A stretch of 64,000 nucleotides of DNA, from assembly GCA_050950825.1 (NCBI GenBank), contig JBMNIH010000004.1, forward strand, positions 128,001 to 192,000, read 5' to 3'. A model generated the notes under the pieces. The model had not been told where the DNA came from, made no database searches, and saw only the letters and a list, made by a program, of their open reading frames with translations. Made by a program: the position numbers and the translations under genes. The DNA is from Clostridia bacterium. Its GTDB lineage: Bacteria; Bacillota; Clostridia; JAAYHZ01. Of this stretch, positions 20,509 to 33,038 are shown one piece after another. The first letter of the stretch is position 1. Each line of letters starts with the position of its first letter.

Positions 20509-20955
20509 ATGAATATTACATACAGGAAGGCGAAACCGGAGGATATTCGAGCCATTACCGAGTTCGGTCTCAAGCTTTACGGTCCGGAAAATACCTTCGA
20601 GAGCTTGTATAAAGAAAACGAAGAGATCTTAAGCAGCGAATCGCAAATATTATTCTTGGCGGAGGACAATGATAAGATTATCGGTTTTGCCGACTGTTCC
20701 TTACGCTACGATTATGTGGAAGGAACCCATGGAGGCGTTATCGGGTATCTCGAGGGGATCTACATTGACCCTCCCTATCGGATGAAAGGAATCGCCAAAG
20801 CCTTGGTTTCGCTTTGCGAGGATTGGGCGAGAGAAAAAGGTTGCAAGGAATTTGCAAGCGACTGCGAGCTGTATAACGATGAAAGCTACCGGTTTCATTT
20901 AAAAATCGGATTCAAAGAAGCGAACCGCCTCATATGCTTTGTGAAGGAGCTGTAA
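20509..20955 (+). CDS. GNAT acetyltransferase, aminoglycoside AAC(6')-I-like
   Basis: SLRYDYVEGT, GYLEGIYI, KGIAKAL, WAREKGCKEFASDCELYN..S.RFHLKIGF.E; start at ATG 20509 behind AAGGGGG. Confidence 0.85.
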   Translation: MNITYRKAKPEDIRAITEFGLKLYGPENTFESLYKENEEILSSESQILFLAEDNDKIIGFADCSLRYDYVEGTHGGVIGYLEGIYIDPPYRMKGIAKALVSLCEDWAREKGCKEFASDCELYNDESYRFHLKIGFKEANRLICFVKEL

Positions 20956-20959
20956 GAAA

Positions 20960-22336
20960 TTGCATGAAAAGAAAACGTTAATCAATCGAATCTTTCCGAT
21001 TATCGGCATCCTCTTCATCTTAGGAGCCTTTTCGGGATGCGTTCCCGTTTATTCGGATAAAGGCGATAAGGATACGCAATATTCCGTGTCTACGACGATG
21101 GAAACGGAGCTTGCGGAAAGCTCCGTCTTCCAAGAAAGCGAAGAAACAACAACAAAGGTCACCGAAAGGGAGCCTGTTTCGGAAACGTCGGAAAGCATAA
21201 TTACCCAAAAGCCCGAAGAAGAGACGAGTGCCCCGGAAGACGAGATAAAAAAGCTTTTGGATACGATGACCCTCGATGAAAAAATCGGCCGGATGGTGAT
21301 GGTAGGGCTTGAAGGGTATACGCCGGATGAAAAAACGATGGAAATGATTGAAAAATATCATGTAGGAGGATTTATCCTTTTCAGCCGCAATATCGAAGGC
21401 CCGGACCAATTAACCGCTCTTTTAAATTCCTTGAAGGCCGCCAATTCCCGAAGCAAAATCCCGTTGCTCTTGTCGGTGGACCAAGAAGGGGGAAGAGTCA
21501 GCCGAATGCCGAAGGAATTGGAGCGATTTCCGGACAACCAAACGGTCGGGAAGGTCAACCTCGAAGAGTTTTCATATAAGCTGGGGGCGCTTTTGGCGGA
21601 ATGCGTAAAGGCCTTCGGCTTTAATATGAATTTTGCTCCCGTTTTGGACATTCACAGCAACCCGAACAATCCCGTAATCGGTGATCGGTCCTTCGGTGAG
21701 GATGCGGAAATCGTAAGCAGGTTAGGCATAAGCGTCATGAAAGGGATGCAGGACCAAGGGGTTATCTCCGTAGTCAAGCATTTTCCGGGGCACGGCGACA
21801 CCGACGAGGACTCCCATATAAGTCTTCCGTCCGTGGAGCATTCCAAGGAACGATTAATGAATTTTGAACTGGTACCGTTTCAAAATGCCATTCAAAACGG
21901 TGCGGATGCCGTCATGATCGCCCATATTACGGTCAAGGAAATAGATCCCGACCGGCCGGCTACTTTATCCGAGGCCGTGGTAACGGATCTTTTAAGAGAG
22001 GAACTGAATTTTGACGGCGTGGTAGTAACCGACGATTTGACCATGGGAGCGGTGATGAAGAATTACGATATCGGGGAGGCCGCCGTACAGTCGGTGCTAG
22101 CCGGTACGGACGTTTTGCTTGTTTGCCACGGCTACGACAACCAAGTGTCGGTGATGGAAGCGTTGAAGGAAGCGGCGGAAAACGGTACGATTACGGAAGA
22201 GCGCATCGACCGAAGCGTATATCGAATTCTAAAGCTCATGGAAAAGTATCGTATAGAAGACCGTTTGGCTCCTCTTGTGAATATCGATGAGATCAACAAA
22301 AAAATATCCGATCTCCTGAGTACCTATATTCCGTGA
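20960..22336 (+). CDS. nagZ: GH3 beta-N-acetylhexosaminidase lipoprotein
   Basis: Lipobox FSGC, Ser/Thr/Glu linker, DQEGGRV, KHFPGHGDTDEDSH, VTDDLTM. Confidence 0.9.
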   Translation: MHEKKTLINRIFPIIGILFILGAFSGCVPVYSDKGDKDTQYSVSTTMETELAESSVFQESEETTTKVTEREPVSETSESIITQKPEEETSAPEDEIKKLLDTMTLDEKIGRMVMVGLEGYTPDEKTMEMIEKYHVGGFILFSRNIEGPDQLTALLNSLKAANSRSKIPLLLSVDQEGGRVSRMPKELERFPDNQTVGKVNLEEFSYKLGALLAECVKAFGFNMNFAPVLDIHSNPNNPVIGDRSFGEDAEIVSRLGISVMKGMQDQGVISVVKHFPGHGDTDEDSHISLPSVEHSKERLMNFELVPFQNAIQNGADAVMIAHITVKEIDPDRPATLSEAVVTDLLREELNFDGVVVTDDLTMGAVMKNYDIGEAAVQSVLAGTDVLLVCHGYDNQVSVMEALKEAAENGTITEERIDRSVYRILKLMEKYRIEDRLAPLVNIDEINKKISDLLSTYIP

Positions 22337-22421
22337 GGATTATTGAATATCTCGACCGGTTTTGGCATAGTTATGATATAAACTTGCATTTACAAAAAGA
22401 TTAGCATAATATATTAACATT

Positions 22422-22548
22422 GGTATATCATATGAGGGAGTAGTTCCGCAGTTCGCGTGATAAACCGTCATCACGGCACGGTCCCGGTTTATCTGTAGAG
22501 AATGAGACTCATATACCTTAGGTTTTTGGCCCGTTATATGGGTCTTTT
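22422..22548 (+). promoter_or_regulatory. yybP-ykoY (Mn2+) riboswitch with downstream terminator
   Basis: P1 TATGAG(22431)/CTCATA(22508), GGGAGTAG, GATAAACCG-TCATCAC...CGGTTTATC, GAGAC; then GGCCCG-TTATA-TGGGTC-TTTT; sits upstream of a P-type ATPase. Confidence 0.85.
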
Positions 22549-22578
22549 GATATTCGAAAACAGGTGAGGTCACAAAAA

Positions 22579-25230
<2,652 letters not shown>

Positions 25231-25278
25231 ATACTAAAACAATTTCACTGTCGAATATTCATACACGGGGGTTGTGCT

Positions 25279-28182
25279 ATGAACACCGAAAAAAGGTATT
25301 TCCGATTGCCGAAAAGGAATCTTCCCGTTATCGGGGAAGCGGATGTGATTGTTGTCGGTGCGTCTTTAGGCGGAATTTCCGCCGCCATACGGGCGGCAAA
25401 GGAAGGCGCAAAGGTATTTGTTGTAGGGTACATGCCGTACCCGGGGGAGGATCTGTGCGGACACTACAAGTATCTTTTCGAGTATGAATGCCCGGATTGT
25501 GCCCATCCTCTTCTTGACGCCATATTTCCTAAAGATTCTATAAGAACGCCCTTTACCGTTAAAAAGGCGTTGGAGAATGCGATGTTGGAAAACGATATCG
25601 ATTTTCTTTACTCAAGCTATGTAACGGAAGTTTTAATGGATAAGGAAAACGAACCGGCGGGCGTTGTTATCGTGAACCGATCGGGAAGGCAAGTCATCAA
25701 GGGCAAGACCCTAATCGATGCAACCTTTGAGGCTTATGCGGCACGTATTGCCGGAGTTCCTTTTCGAACCGACAGGGAAGAAGAACGGGAGGAATTTTTC
25801 TTCATAACCGTAGGCAACGCCTACGGGGAAGGAGAGGGGAGAAGGCGCTTGCCTTTTTCACCGAAGCAAAACGGCAAGGACAAGCCCGTTTATGAGCATG
25901 TTTTTAAGTATCCTGTCGGCGACCGGTCTTACGATAGGATTTGTGAAATCGAGCAAGATATTCGAGGAAGGGTATGGGATCCGGACCAAGTGGATGCGGC
26001 GGACACCCTGTTCCATATCCCTCTCTTTCAATTGGAGGGGCAAAGGTCTTGCGAGGACGGAAGCTTTGTACCTGCAGAGGCCTTTATGCCGAAGAAGCAA
26101 GATCGGCTTTTCGTGCTAGGACCTTGCGCGGATATACATAAAAAGGCGGTACCGGAGCTTTTAAAGCCTTTGAACCTGATCCTTTCCGGAGATAAAGTAG
26201 GATTTTTGGCGGCGCAAGCGGCAAAGAATTGCAAAGCCTTTCCCGATCCTGCGGAAAAGGATGAAGCAGACGATTCTTTTACCTTGGGAACCCTTTCCGA
26301 AACGGGTTCCTTTGTCCGACCCAAGTTTCAAAAAACCGTGAAAGTAAACTATGCCCTCGTTCCCGTATTAGGGTCTTATGAGGTTGCGGTGGTAGGAGGG
26401 GGAACCGCAGGGGCGAACGCAGCCATCGGTGCGGCAAGGCAAGGGGTTAAAACCTTGGTAATCGAATACCTTCACGGCTTAGGCGGAACCCAAACTATGG
26501 GACGAATCGGCATATATTGGGACGGATACCGAGAAGGATTTACAAAAGAGATCGATAAAGGCGTAAAAGAAATGGCGCCTTGTGACCATCCCCGCCAATT
26601 GCATGGTGACGACCGATTTCCTTTTGATTGGAAGACCGAATGGTACCGAAGGGAAATAAGGAAGGCAGGGGGCCGTATTTGGTTCGGTGTGTTCGGTGCC
26701 GGCGCTTATACGGAGGATGGCAAGGTCAAAGGCGTATTGGTTGCAACTCCGGAAGGACTCGGTGTCGTGTTGGCGGATATAGTGATCGATTCTACCGGCA
26801 GCGGAGACATTGCCATAGCCGCAGGATCGGAATACGAATATACCGACGAGAAGCTTTTTGCCGTACAGGGAGCGGGATTGCCGCCCGTCAATTTGGGGGA
26901 TTATTATAACAACACCGACTGGGCTTTTATCGACGACAGCGATGTTTTTGACGTAACAAGCGTATATGTATCGGCAAAAGCGAAGTTTAAGGATGTGTAT
27001 GATTTGGGGAAGCTTCCCCAAACCCGCGAACGAAGAAGGATTGTAGCGGAGCATATGGTATCGGTGCTCGATGTTATCAACAAAAGAAGGTATAAGGATA
27101 CGATCTCCTATCATAAAAGCTCTTTTGATACCCACGGATATACCGTCGATCCTTTCTTCACCCTACTGCCTCCGGAAAAAAGGCATACCATTTACGATGC
27201 GGACGTACCCTTAAGAAGTCTTATGCCCAAAGGATTGGACAATATTTTGGTCACCGGCTTAGGAGCGGGAGCCCACCGAGATGCCATGCCGGTCATTCGT
27301 ATGCAGCCCTGCTTGCAAAACCAAGGCTATTCCGTCGGTTATTTATGTGCTTTGGCGGTTAAAAGCGGCTGCTCCGTCCGCGAGGCGGATATCAAGAAGG
27401 TACAAGCTCATTTGGTAGAGAAAAAGATTCTGCCCGAGCGGGTTCTTTCGGACCAAGATCATTTTCCTTTTACGGAGGAACAGATGGAAGAAGCGGTGAA
27501 AACCCTTCCGAATAATTTTACGGGGCTAAACGTTCTTCTTACCGATCCGAAAAAAGCGGAGGAGCTGCTGCTAAAAGCTTGTTCCGAAGAGGAGAAAAAC
27601 GAGGCTCGAATTGTATATGCCCGGGTACTATGTATGTTAGGTAACAAAAGCTTTGTTCATCTCGTGGCGGATGAGGTGGAAAAGTACGAGGATTGGGACC
27701 AAGGCTGGGATTATACCGGGATGGGACAATTCGGACCTTGTATGAGCCGGCTTGACAGCTTAATCATGGCCTTAGGGCAAACGAAGGATGAAAAAACGCT
27801 GCCCGTGATTTTAAAAAAGGCGAAGCTTTTGACACCGAAGAGCGAGTTTTCTCATTTCAGAGCGGTGGCGGAAGCCTGCGAAGCCATCGGAAGCGAAAAA
27901 GCCGCGGATGTGTTGTCCCGATTATTGGATATGGAGGGTATCGCAGGGCACCACGTTCGTACTTTAAAAGAAGCCTTTGGCCGTGCCCTTCCGAGTACGG
28001 TCGACGTAAGCTTAAGAAACAAAGTTCTTCGGGAAATATTCTTGGCTCGCGCTTTGTACCGCTGCGGCGACGACAGCCGTCGAAAGGGCGAGCAAATTCT
28101 TCGAAACTACAGCAACGATTGGAACGGACATTATTTCCGCCATACTGCAAGTATTTTAAAAAAGGAAGGTAAAGACGCATGA
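25279..28182 (+). CDS. FAD-dependent oxidoreductase with tandem FAD domains and helical C-terminus
   Basis: Two Rossmann starts (VIVVGASLGGISAA; VAVVGGGTAGANAA), IDAT and IDSTGSGD, RERRRI, DVPLRSLMP. Confidence 0.8.
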   Translation: MNTEKRYFRLPKRNLPVIGEADVIVVGASLGGISAAIRAAKEGAKVFVVGYMPYPGEDLCGHYKYLFEYECPDCAHPLLDAIFPKDSIRTPFTVKKALENAMLENDIDFLYSSYVTEVLMDKENEPAGVVIVNRSGRQVIKGKTLIDATFEAYAARIAGVPFRTDREEEREEFFFITVGNAYGEGEGRRRLPFSPKQNGKDKPVYEHVFKYPVGDRSYDRICEIEQDIRGRVWDPDQVDAADTLFHIPLFQLEGQRSCEDGSFVPAEAFMPKKQDRLFVLGPCADIHKKAVPELLKPLNLILSGDKVGFLAAQAAKNCKAFPDPAEKDEADDSFTLGTLSETGSFVRPKFQKTVKVNYALVPVLGSYEVAVVGGGTAGANAAIGAARQGVKTLVIEYLHGLGGTQTMGRIGIYWDGYREGFTKEIDKGVKEMAPCDHPRQLHGDDRFPFDWKTEWYRREIRKAGGRIWFGVFGAGAYTEDGKVKGVLVATPEGLGVVLADIVIDSTGSGDIAIAAGSEYEYTDEKLFAVQGAGLPPVNLGDYYNNTDWAFIDDSDVFDVTSVYVSAKAKFKDVYDLGKLPQTRERRRIVAEHMVSVLDVINKRRYKDTISYHKSSFDTHGYTVDPFFTLLPPEKRHTIYDADVPLRSLMPKGLDNILVTGLGAGAHRDAMPVIRMQPCLQNQGYSVGYLCALAVKSGCSVREADIKKVQAHLVEKKILPERVLSDQDHFPFTEEQMEEAVKTLPNNFTGLNVLLTDPKKAEELLLKACSEEEKNEARIVYARVLCMLGNKSFVHLVADEVEKYEDWDQGWDYTGMGQFGPCMSRLDSLIMALGQTKDEKTLPVILKKAKLLTPKSEFSHFRAVAEACEAIGSEKAADVLSRLLDMEGIAGHHVRTLKEAFGRALPSTVDVSLRNKVLREIFLARALYRCGDDSRRKGEQILRNYSNDWNGHYFRHTASILKKEGKDA

Positions 28183-28633
28183 ACGAAAAACCGATTACGG
28201 GAATAGAAATCGACATGGTCGTAAAAGACAGCCTTGAAGCTTTGGGTACGTTTGAAAAGATTTTCGAGGTTCAACGGGAAGAAGTGACGAAGATAGGGGA
28301 TTGAACGAAGCGGTTTTCACGATTTACGGAGTAAGGTTTCATTTACCGAATGAAAACCCGGAATATTTTTTGTTCGCGCCGAAGGAGGATACCCAAAAAT
28401 CCATGTGGATCAACGTTTTGGTGCCGGATATACAGGCATGCTTCGAAAAAGCGAAGGCGCAGGGCTGCACCGTCATACAGCCGGTAACGGAAATGAAGGA
28501 AATGGGCGTGAGCAACGCCGTTTTTTCGGACAAGTTCGGATATATTTGGATGATTCATCAAATTCATCGCGTCGTAAGCTTTGAGGAAAGAGTTTAATAT
28601 TTTGAAGAGAATTTAAAGAAAGACGGCGAATAA
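28179..28633 (+). pseudogene. VOC/glyoxalase family protein, frameshifted
   Basis: MNEKPITGIEIDMVVKDSLEAL... stops at about 28304; continues in another frame (NEAVFTIYGVRF...FSDKFGYIWMIHQ); further in-frame TAA at 28595 before YFEENLKK. Confidence 0.7.
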
Positions 28634-28650
28634 CGGAAGATTTGCAAAAA

Positions 28651-28680
28651 GAGGGCGGTAAGAAAAATCCGCCTTTTTTT
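28651..28680 (+). terminator. Rho-independent terminator
   Basis: GAGGGCGG...CCGCCTTT stem plus T tract. Confidence 0.75.
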
Positions 28681-28688
28681 ATTAGCCG

Positions 28689-28755
28689 TTGCAACGGTAA
28701 AAAAAATGCGATATAATACTCTAAAATATAGAGTATCTATATAGCAGAGTATTAT
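28689..28755 (+). promoter_or_regulatory. Sigma-A promoter overlapped by a palindromic operator
   Basis: TTGCAA(28689)-N17-TATAAT(28712); TACTCT-N7-AGAGTA at 28717-28735 and a second AGAGTATTAT at 28746. Confidence 0.65.
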
Positions 28756-28773
28756 ATTTTCACGGAGGTTCTT

Positions 28774-29487
28774 ATGGAAAAGGATCAAGTGCAAAAAGCA
28801 TTGGATGACGTTTCGGAGATTAAGCGGATTTTTGCTAATACATACCGGGACTTTTCGGAAGCGGTCAAATTGCTTATCATCGCCGGCGGGTTTTTAGTTG
28901 CAAAGGGTGCTATCACTTCCTTGAACGTATTCGCAACTTGGAATTTATTCTCCGACAGCATTCGGTTGGGAACGGAAGTAGCCATCGTATCCTACATTTC
29001 AAGCTGCCTATCTTGGATCGGTTTTTTGGCTACATTGGCGACGTATCTTCTTTTACGGAATAAGCAAAAGCGTTTCGCAAGAGGATTGGGACTTCAACTG
29101 ATCGATATGTGGGGAGGGTTTTTAATCGGAATCACTCTTTACGGAGCCGCCGTCAACCTTGTATCCTTGCATTTGTCGAAAGACCAATTTGCTCGTTATG
29201 TATCCGTTCCTTGGCTGTTTTACATGGTATCCATACCGCTTATGCTGTTTATTACGGGTGTTTTGTTGAACAAAAGCGCTCCGAAACGGCTCGCCCTTCT
29301 TTATATCTTCGTCAGCTTGACAGTAACCGCTCTGCCTTTAACCTTGGATTATGCCGTCAAAGGAGGCATGACAATCGAGGTCTCGTTAGGAAGCCTTTTG
29401 GGTACGAGTATTATGCCCGGTATCTTTTTAATATGTACAGGATACTTATTGGGAAAGAAAACGGAAACGAGCGATGACAATGTTTGA
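28774..29487 (+). CDS. Hypothetical multi-pass membrane protein
   Basis: GGAGG RBS; about 6 hydrophobic segments; N-terminal ALDDVSEIKRI helix. Confidence 0.7.
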   Translation: MEKDQVQKALDDVSEIKRIFANTYRDFSEAVKLLIIAGGFLVAKGAITSLNVFATWNLFSDSIRLGTEVAIVSYISSCLSWIGFLATLATYLLLRNKQKRFARGLGLQLIDMWGGFLIGITLYGAAVNLVSLHLSKDQFARYVSVPWLFYMVSIPLMLFITGVLLNKSAPKRLALLYIFVSLTVTALPLTLDYAVKGGMTIEVSLGSLLGTSIMPGIFLICTGYLLGKKTETSDDNV

Positions 29488-29776
29488 CGAATATTCGGAC
29501 CTTTTTTCTTCAAAGGTGCGCTTGCGTATTATAGCGGCCTTGATTTCGGGACCGAAGGATTTTACGACGTTAAAAAAGTTGACGGAAACGACGGACGGAA
29601 ACTTAGGAAAGCAAATGGAGATTCTTTTGGAAGCCGGAGCTGTGCATGCCGAAAAAGAATTCATCGGACGAAGAGGTAAAACCGTTTACTCTCTTACAAA
29701 CGAAGGCTTGCATTCTTTTAAAGAATATGTTCGATTGTTGGAGGAGATATTGGAAAAGGAAGGGACAAAAGAATAG
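29474..29776 (+). CDS. Winged-helix transcriptional regulator (ArsR/MarR-like, HTH_34)
   Basis: RLRIIAAL...DFTTLKKLTETTDGNLGKQMEILLEAG...KEFIGRRGKTVYSLT.EG...FKEYV. Confidence 0.88.
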   Translation: MTMFDEYSDLFSSKVRLRIIAALISGPKDFTTLKKLTETTDGNLGKQMEILLEAGAVHAEKEFIGRRGKTVYSLTNEGLHSFKEYVRLLEEILEKEGTKE

Positions 29777-29790
29777 CGGAATTCATGGAA

Positions 29791-29830
29791 AAGCGCCGAC
29801 GGCTTTTTGGATATGAAGCCGTCGGCGCTT
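29791..29830. terminator. Bidirectional terminator
   Basis: AAGCGCCGACGGCTT...AAGCCGTCGGCGCTT perfect stem. Confidence 0.85.
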
Positions 29831-29843
29831 ATTTATCGCAGGC

Positions 29844-31553
29844 TTAATCGATTGTTTTGTCGATTTGGAAGCGTTGAATTTTTCTTGAAGTGTTCTTTAC
29901 AAACTCTTGCTCCCGGATTTTAACGACTTTAATGGCTTTGTAGGAAACCATGTTGCCGTTCAATTTCTTTATTTCTTCGTTAAAATAGGTTTGTACATCG
30001 GTAATGCCTTTGGCTTTCAAGGCTTCGAAATCCGGGTAGATTTCCGCTACAATGACTTCTTTTTTAGTTTTGCTTTCGCCGGCATACACCACGACTTCCG
30101 CCACGCCGAAAATATTGGATGTTATTTCCGCCTCCAATTCCTCGGGATAAACATTTTTGCCGTTGCTGAGAACAAGCATGTTCTTCAATCTTCCGGTGAT
30201 ATACAGCCAGCCTTCATCGTCCAGCTTTCCGTAGTCTCCCGTTTTAAAATACCCCTCTTCATCGAAGGCTTGCTTGGTGGCTTCCGGATCCTTGTAATAG
30301 CCGAGCATCACGTTGGTACCCTTGACGCAGATTTCGCCTTCTCCGTTCTCATCCGGATTCAGGATTTTCACTTGCTCTCCGATAATGGGGATGCCTACGC
30401 TGCCTTTCTTTTGGTATTTGTTTCGATTGCAGGAGACCAACGGTGCACATTCCGTTATGCCGTAGCCGTTGAGGACGGTGAAACCGAAGGCTTCAAAATC
30501 GTCGATAATGTTTTGGGCTAATCTCGCTCCTCCGCATATAATCATTTCCAGCTTGCCGCCGAAGGTTTCATGAATGGATTTGAAAAATTGGCGGCGCAAA
30601 TCGATCCCGATTTTTCGAAGTCCGTTGCTTACCTTCATCATGGTGCGCAGCAAATTGGCTTTCCCGCTCTTTTCCGCCGTTTGCCATATTCTTTTGTGAA
30701 GCGTTTCGACAAACAAGGGCACCAACACCAAGTGGGAGGGACTGTATTCTTTCATTTCATTGGCAATATGTTTTAAACCGCTAGAGATGCATATGCAGGA
30801 CCCTTGCGCAAAATGCCCGACAAATACAACGGTAGAACCGTAGGTATGATGGGGAGGCAAAACGCTTAACGTTTTAGGGGTTATGGAAAAAAGGTACATA
30901 CCTTGCGTCATATCCGATACGATATTTTTCTGGGAGAGCATAACCCCTTTTCCTTTTCCCGTAGTACCGGATGTAAACACGATGGTAGCCAAACGATCCG
31001 GGTCGATTTCATAGTCGTAATAGGAATTGTCACCGTTTTCGAATCGTTCCTTGCCCATAGACTCCACATCCGAAAGGTTATAAGCTCCGTTTATAGAGCC
31101 TTTGCCCATACAAACAACGGTTTTGATTCCGGGAGCCGTTTTCAACGCTTCTTCGATTTTTCCTTCAATGCTTTTGCCGTATACGACATATTCGCAATCG
31201 GCAAAATTCAATATGCGGGACATTTCTTCCGAAGAAATCTCCCTGTCGATCGGTACCGTTACGGCTCCGATGGCCATAAGAGAAAAGTAGGAACAGATCC
31301 ATTCATAAGAGGTTTCGCCGATAATGGCAACATGCTTGTCCCGACATCCTAAATGAATCAATCCGGTGCCGATGTTGCGAATGTAATCCCTTGCTTCGCT
31401 GTACGTTACATGGATGATATTCGTATCGTTCGGATTTTTCTTATACGAAAAAGCGATACGATCGGGATATTTTTTCGCCACGTTTTCAGTCATGATCCTG
31501 AAGTCTTCAAAGACGGTTGTTTCATATAACGGGTATTTTGCATTGTTTGACAC
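29844..31553 (-). CDS. Long-chain acyl-CoA synthetase (AMP-binding)
   Basis: FTSGTTGKGKG, NGYGITEC, FKTGDYG, ITGRLKN, NGKNVYPEELE. Confidence 0.92.
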   Translation of the reverse strand: MSNNAKYPLYETTVFEDFRIMTENVAKKYPDRIAFSYKKNPNDTNIIHVTYSEARDYIRNIGTGLIHLGCRDKHVAIIGETSYEWICSYFSLMAIGAVTVPIDREISSEEMSRILNFADCEYVVYGKSIEGKIEEALKTAPGIKTVVCMGKGSINGAYNLSDVESMGKERFENGDNSYYDYEIDPDRLATIVFTSGTTGKGKGVMLSQKNIVSDMTQGMYLFSITPKTLSVLPPHHTYGSTVVFVGHFAQGSCICISSGLKHIANEMKEYSPSHLVLVPLFVETLHKRIWQTAEKSGKANLLRTMMKVSNGLRKIGIDLRRQFFKSIHETFGGKLEMIICGGARLAQNIIDDFEAFGFTVLNGYGITECAPLVSCNRNKYQKKGSVGIPIIGEQVKILNPDENGEGEICVKGTNVMLGYYKDPEATKQAFDEEGYFKTGDYGKLDDEGWLYITGRLKNMLVLSNGKNVYPEELEAEITSNIFGVAEVVVYAGESKTKKEVIVAEIYPDFEALKAKGITDVQTYFNEEIKKLNGNMVSYKAIKVVKIREQEFVKNTSRKIQRFQIDKTID

Positions 31554-31689
31554 GACTTATCTCCTTTTTTTTATCGTACATGACGACATAAAATATGTTT
31601 CATATTAAATATATATTAGCCCCTAAAAAAGAAAATATCAATAGGAATTAACACCAGGTATTAATATTTTTACTTAATAAATTATCACG

Positions 31690-32796
31690 TTAAGGATTCA
31701 AAACCTCCGTTACGGTTCCGAAGCCGTAGCCTAATTGCATTAACCGGGGAATGATCGAAAGCAATGCATCCGGTGTTTGGTATGCCCCTTGGTGCATCAG
31801 AATGATGGCTCCCGGGACCGCATTGTTTACAACACGTTCCGCTATTTGGGCGACACCGGGGTTTTGCCAATCGAGAGAGTCCACTGTCCACATAATCGTT
31901 AAAAAGCCCAAACGTGCAGCGATATTCAATAAGCTTTGGTTGTATTCTCCGAAAGGCGGTCGGAATAAATAGGGTCGGACACCGGTTACGGTTTGTATCA
32001 ATGCATTGGTACGAACCAATTGGTTCGTCGCTTCCGCTTGCGATATTTGGGTCATATGAGGATGGGTCAGACTGTGGTTTCCGATTTCATGACCTTCTCT
32101 TGCGATGGCTTGTGCAAGCTCCGGATAATTCATGGGCCATATTCCGGAGAGAAAGAAGGTCGCCTTTATGTTATTGTCCCTTAATATTTGAAGAAGTCTT
32201 ACGGTTTGGTTGTCGCCGTATGTAGCGTCGAAAGTCAAAGCAACCGCTCTTCGGTTCGGATTGCCCCTGTATATGGCCGTTGCAGCGGCGGGGATGGGAA
32301 CGGTTAAGACCTGACCCGGAAAGAGTCTTTCGGGAACAAGACCCGGATTTTCACCGAGGATGGATTGGACCGATATGCCGAAGCGAGAAGCGATTCGATA
32401 TACTGTATCTCCGGGCAGTACCGTGTAGCGGATAATCCCCGGCTGTACCGGCAGAAACGGATTCACGGCATTCGGCGGCAGAACGATCAGCATGCCGGGA
32501 TATATGGTGAAAGGACTCGGAATATTGTTCAAGGCCAAGATACTCTCTATGCTGACACGAAACAGCAAAGACAGAATATACAAGGTATCTCCCGGCTGAA
32601 CGGTGTAAAGCAAGCTTCCGGGAGGTGTTTCCCGTAAATTGTCGCTGACCGGAATCAGCAGGGTTTGGCCCGGTAGAATGAGATCCGGATTTGTCATATT
32701 GTTATGCCGGGCAATTTCTTGTACAGTGCTTCCGTAAAGGTTTGCAATTTTCCAAACCGTATCGCCGGGTTGTACGGTATAAATCAATAAAGGCAT
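31690..32796 (-). CDS. 3x LysM plus polysaccharide deacetylase (CE4), probably spore/cell-wall associated
   Basis: Three YTV.PGDT LysM repeats; ALTFDA, NHSLTHPH, FRPPFG, DSLDW, ILMH. Confidence 0.9.
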   Translation of the reverse strand: MPLLIYTVQPGDTVWKIANLYGSTVQEIARHNNMTNPDLILPGQTLLIPVSDNLRETPPGSLLYTVQPGDTLYILSLLFRVSIESILALNNIPSPFTIYPGMLIVLPPNAVNPFLPVQPGIIRYTVLPGDTVYRIASRFGISVQSILGENPGLVPERLFPGQVLTVPIPAAATAIYRGNPNRRAVALTFDATYGDNQTVRLLQILRDNNIKATFFLSGIWPMNYPELAQAIAREGHEIGNHSLTHPHMTQISQAEATNQLVRTNALIQTVTGVRPYLFRPPFGEYNQSLLNIAARLGFLTIMWTVDSLDWQNPGVAQIAERVVNNAVPGAIILMHQGAYQTPDALLSIIPRLMQLGYGFGTVTEVLNP

Positions 32797-32821
32797 GATG
32801 TTTTCCTTACTTTTATTCGTT

Positions 32822-32853
32822 CATATATATGCATATGAAAACAATAAAGTTAC
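32822..32853 (-). promoter_or_regulatory. Possible mother-cell (SigK/SigE-type) promoter
   Basis: Minus strand GTAAC-N17-CATATATATG upstream of the LysM gene; imperfect match. Confidence 0.3.
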
Positions 32854-33038
32854 ATAAAACCGTATGTTTACAAGATCCGGTAATCGTTTAGCTCGAGGTT
32901 CGATTTTTTTACGGGAAACCGGTGAAGGATATAAAAATGTTAACGAAAAAGTGAAAAAAGTTAAAAAAGTATATTAACAGGTCCCCGGTATCCGGTATAA
33001 TGAAAAAAAATACGGGTTAGGATGTATGTACGCGTAAT

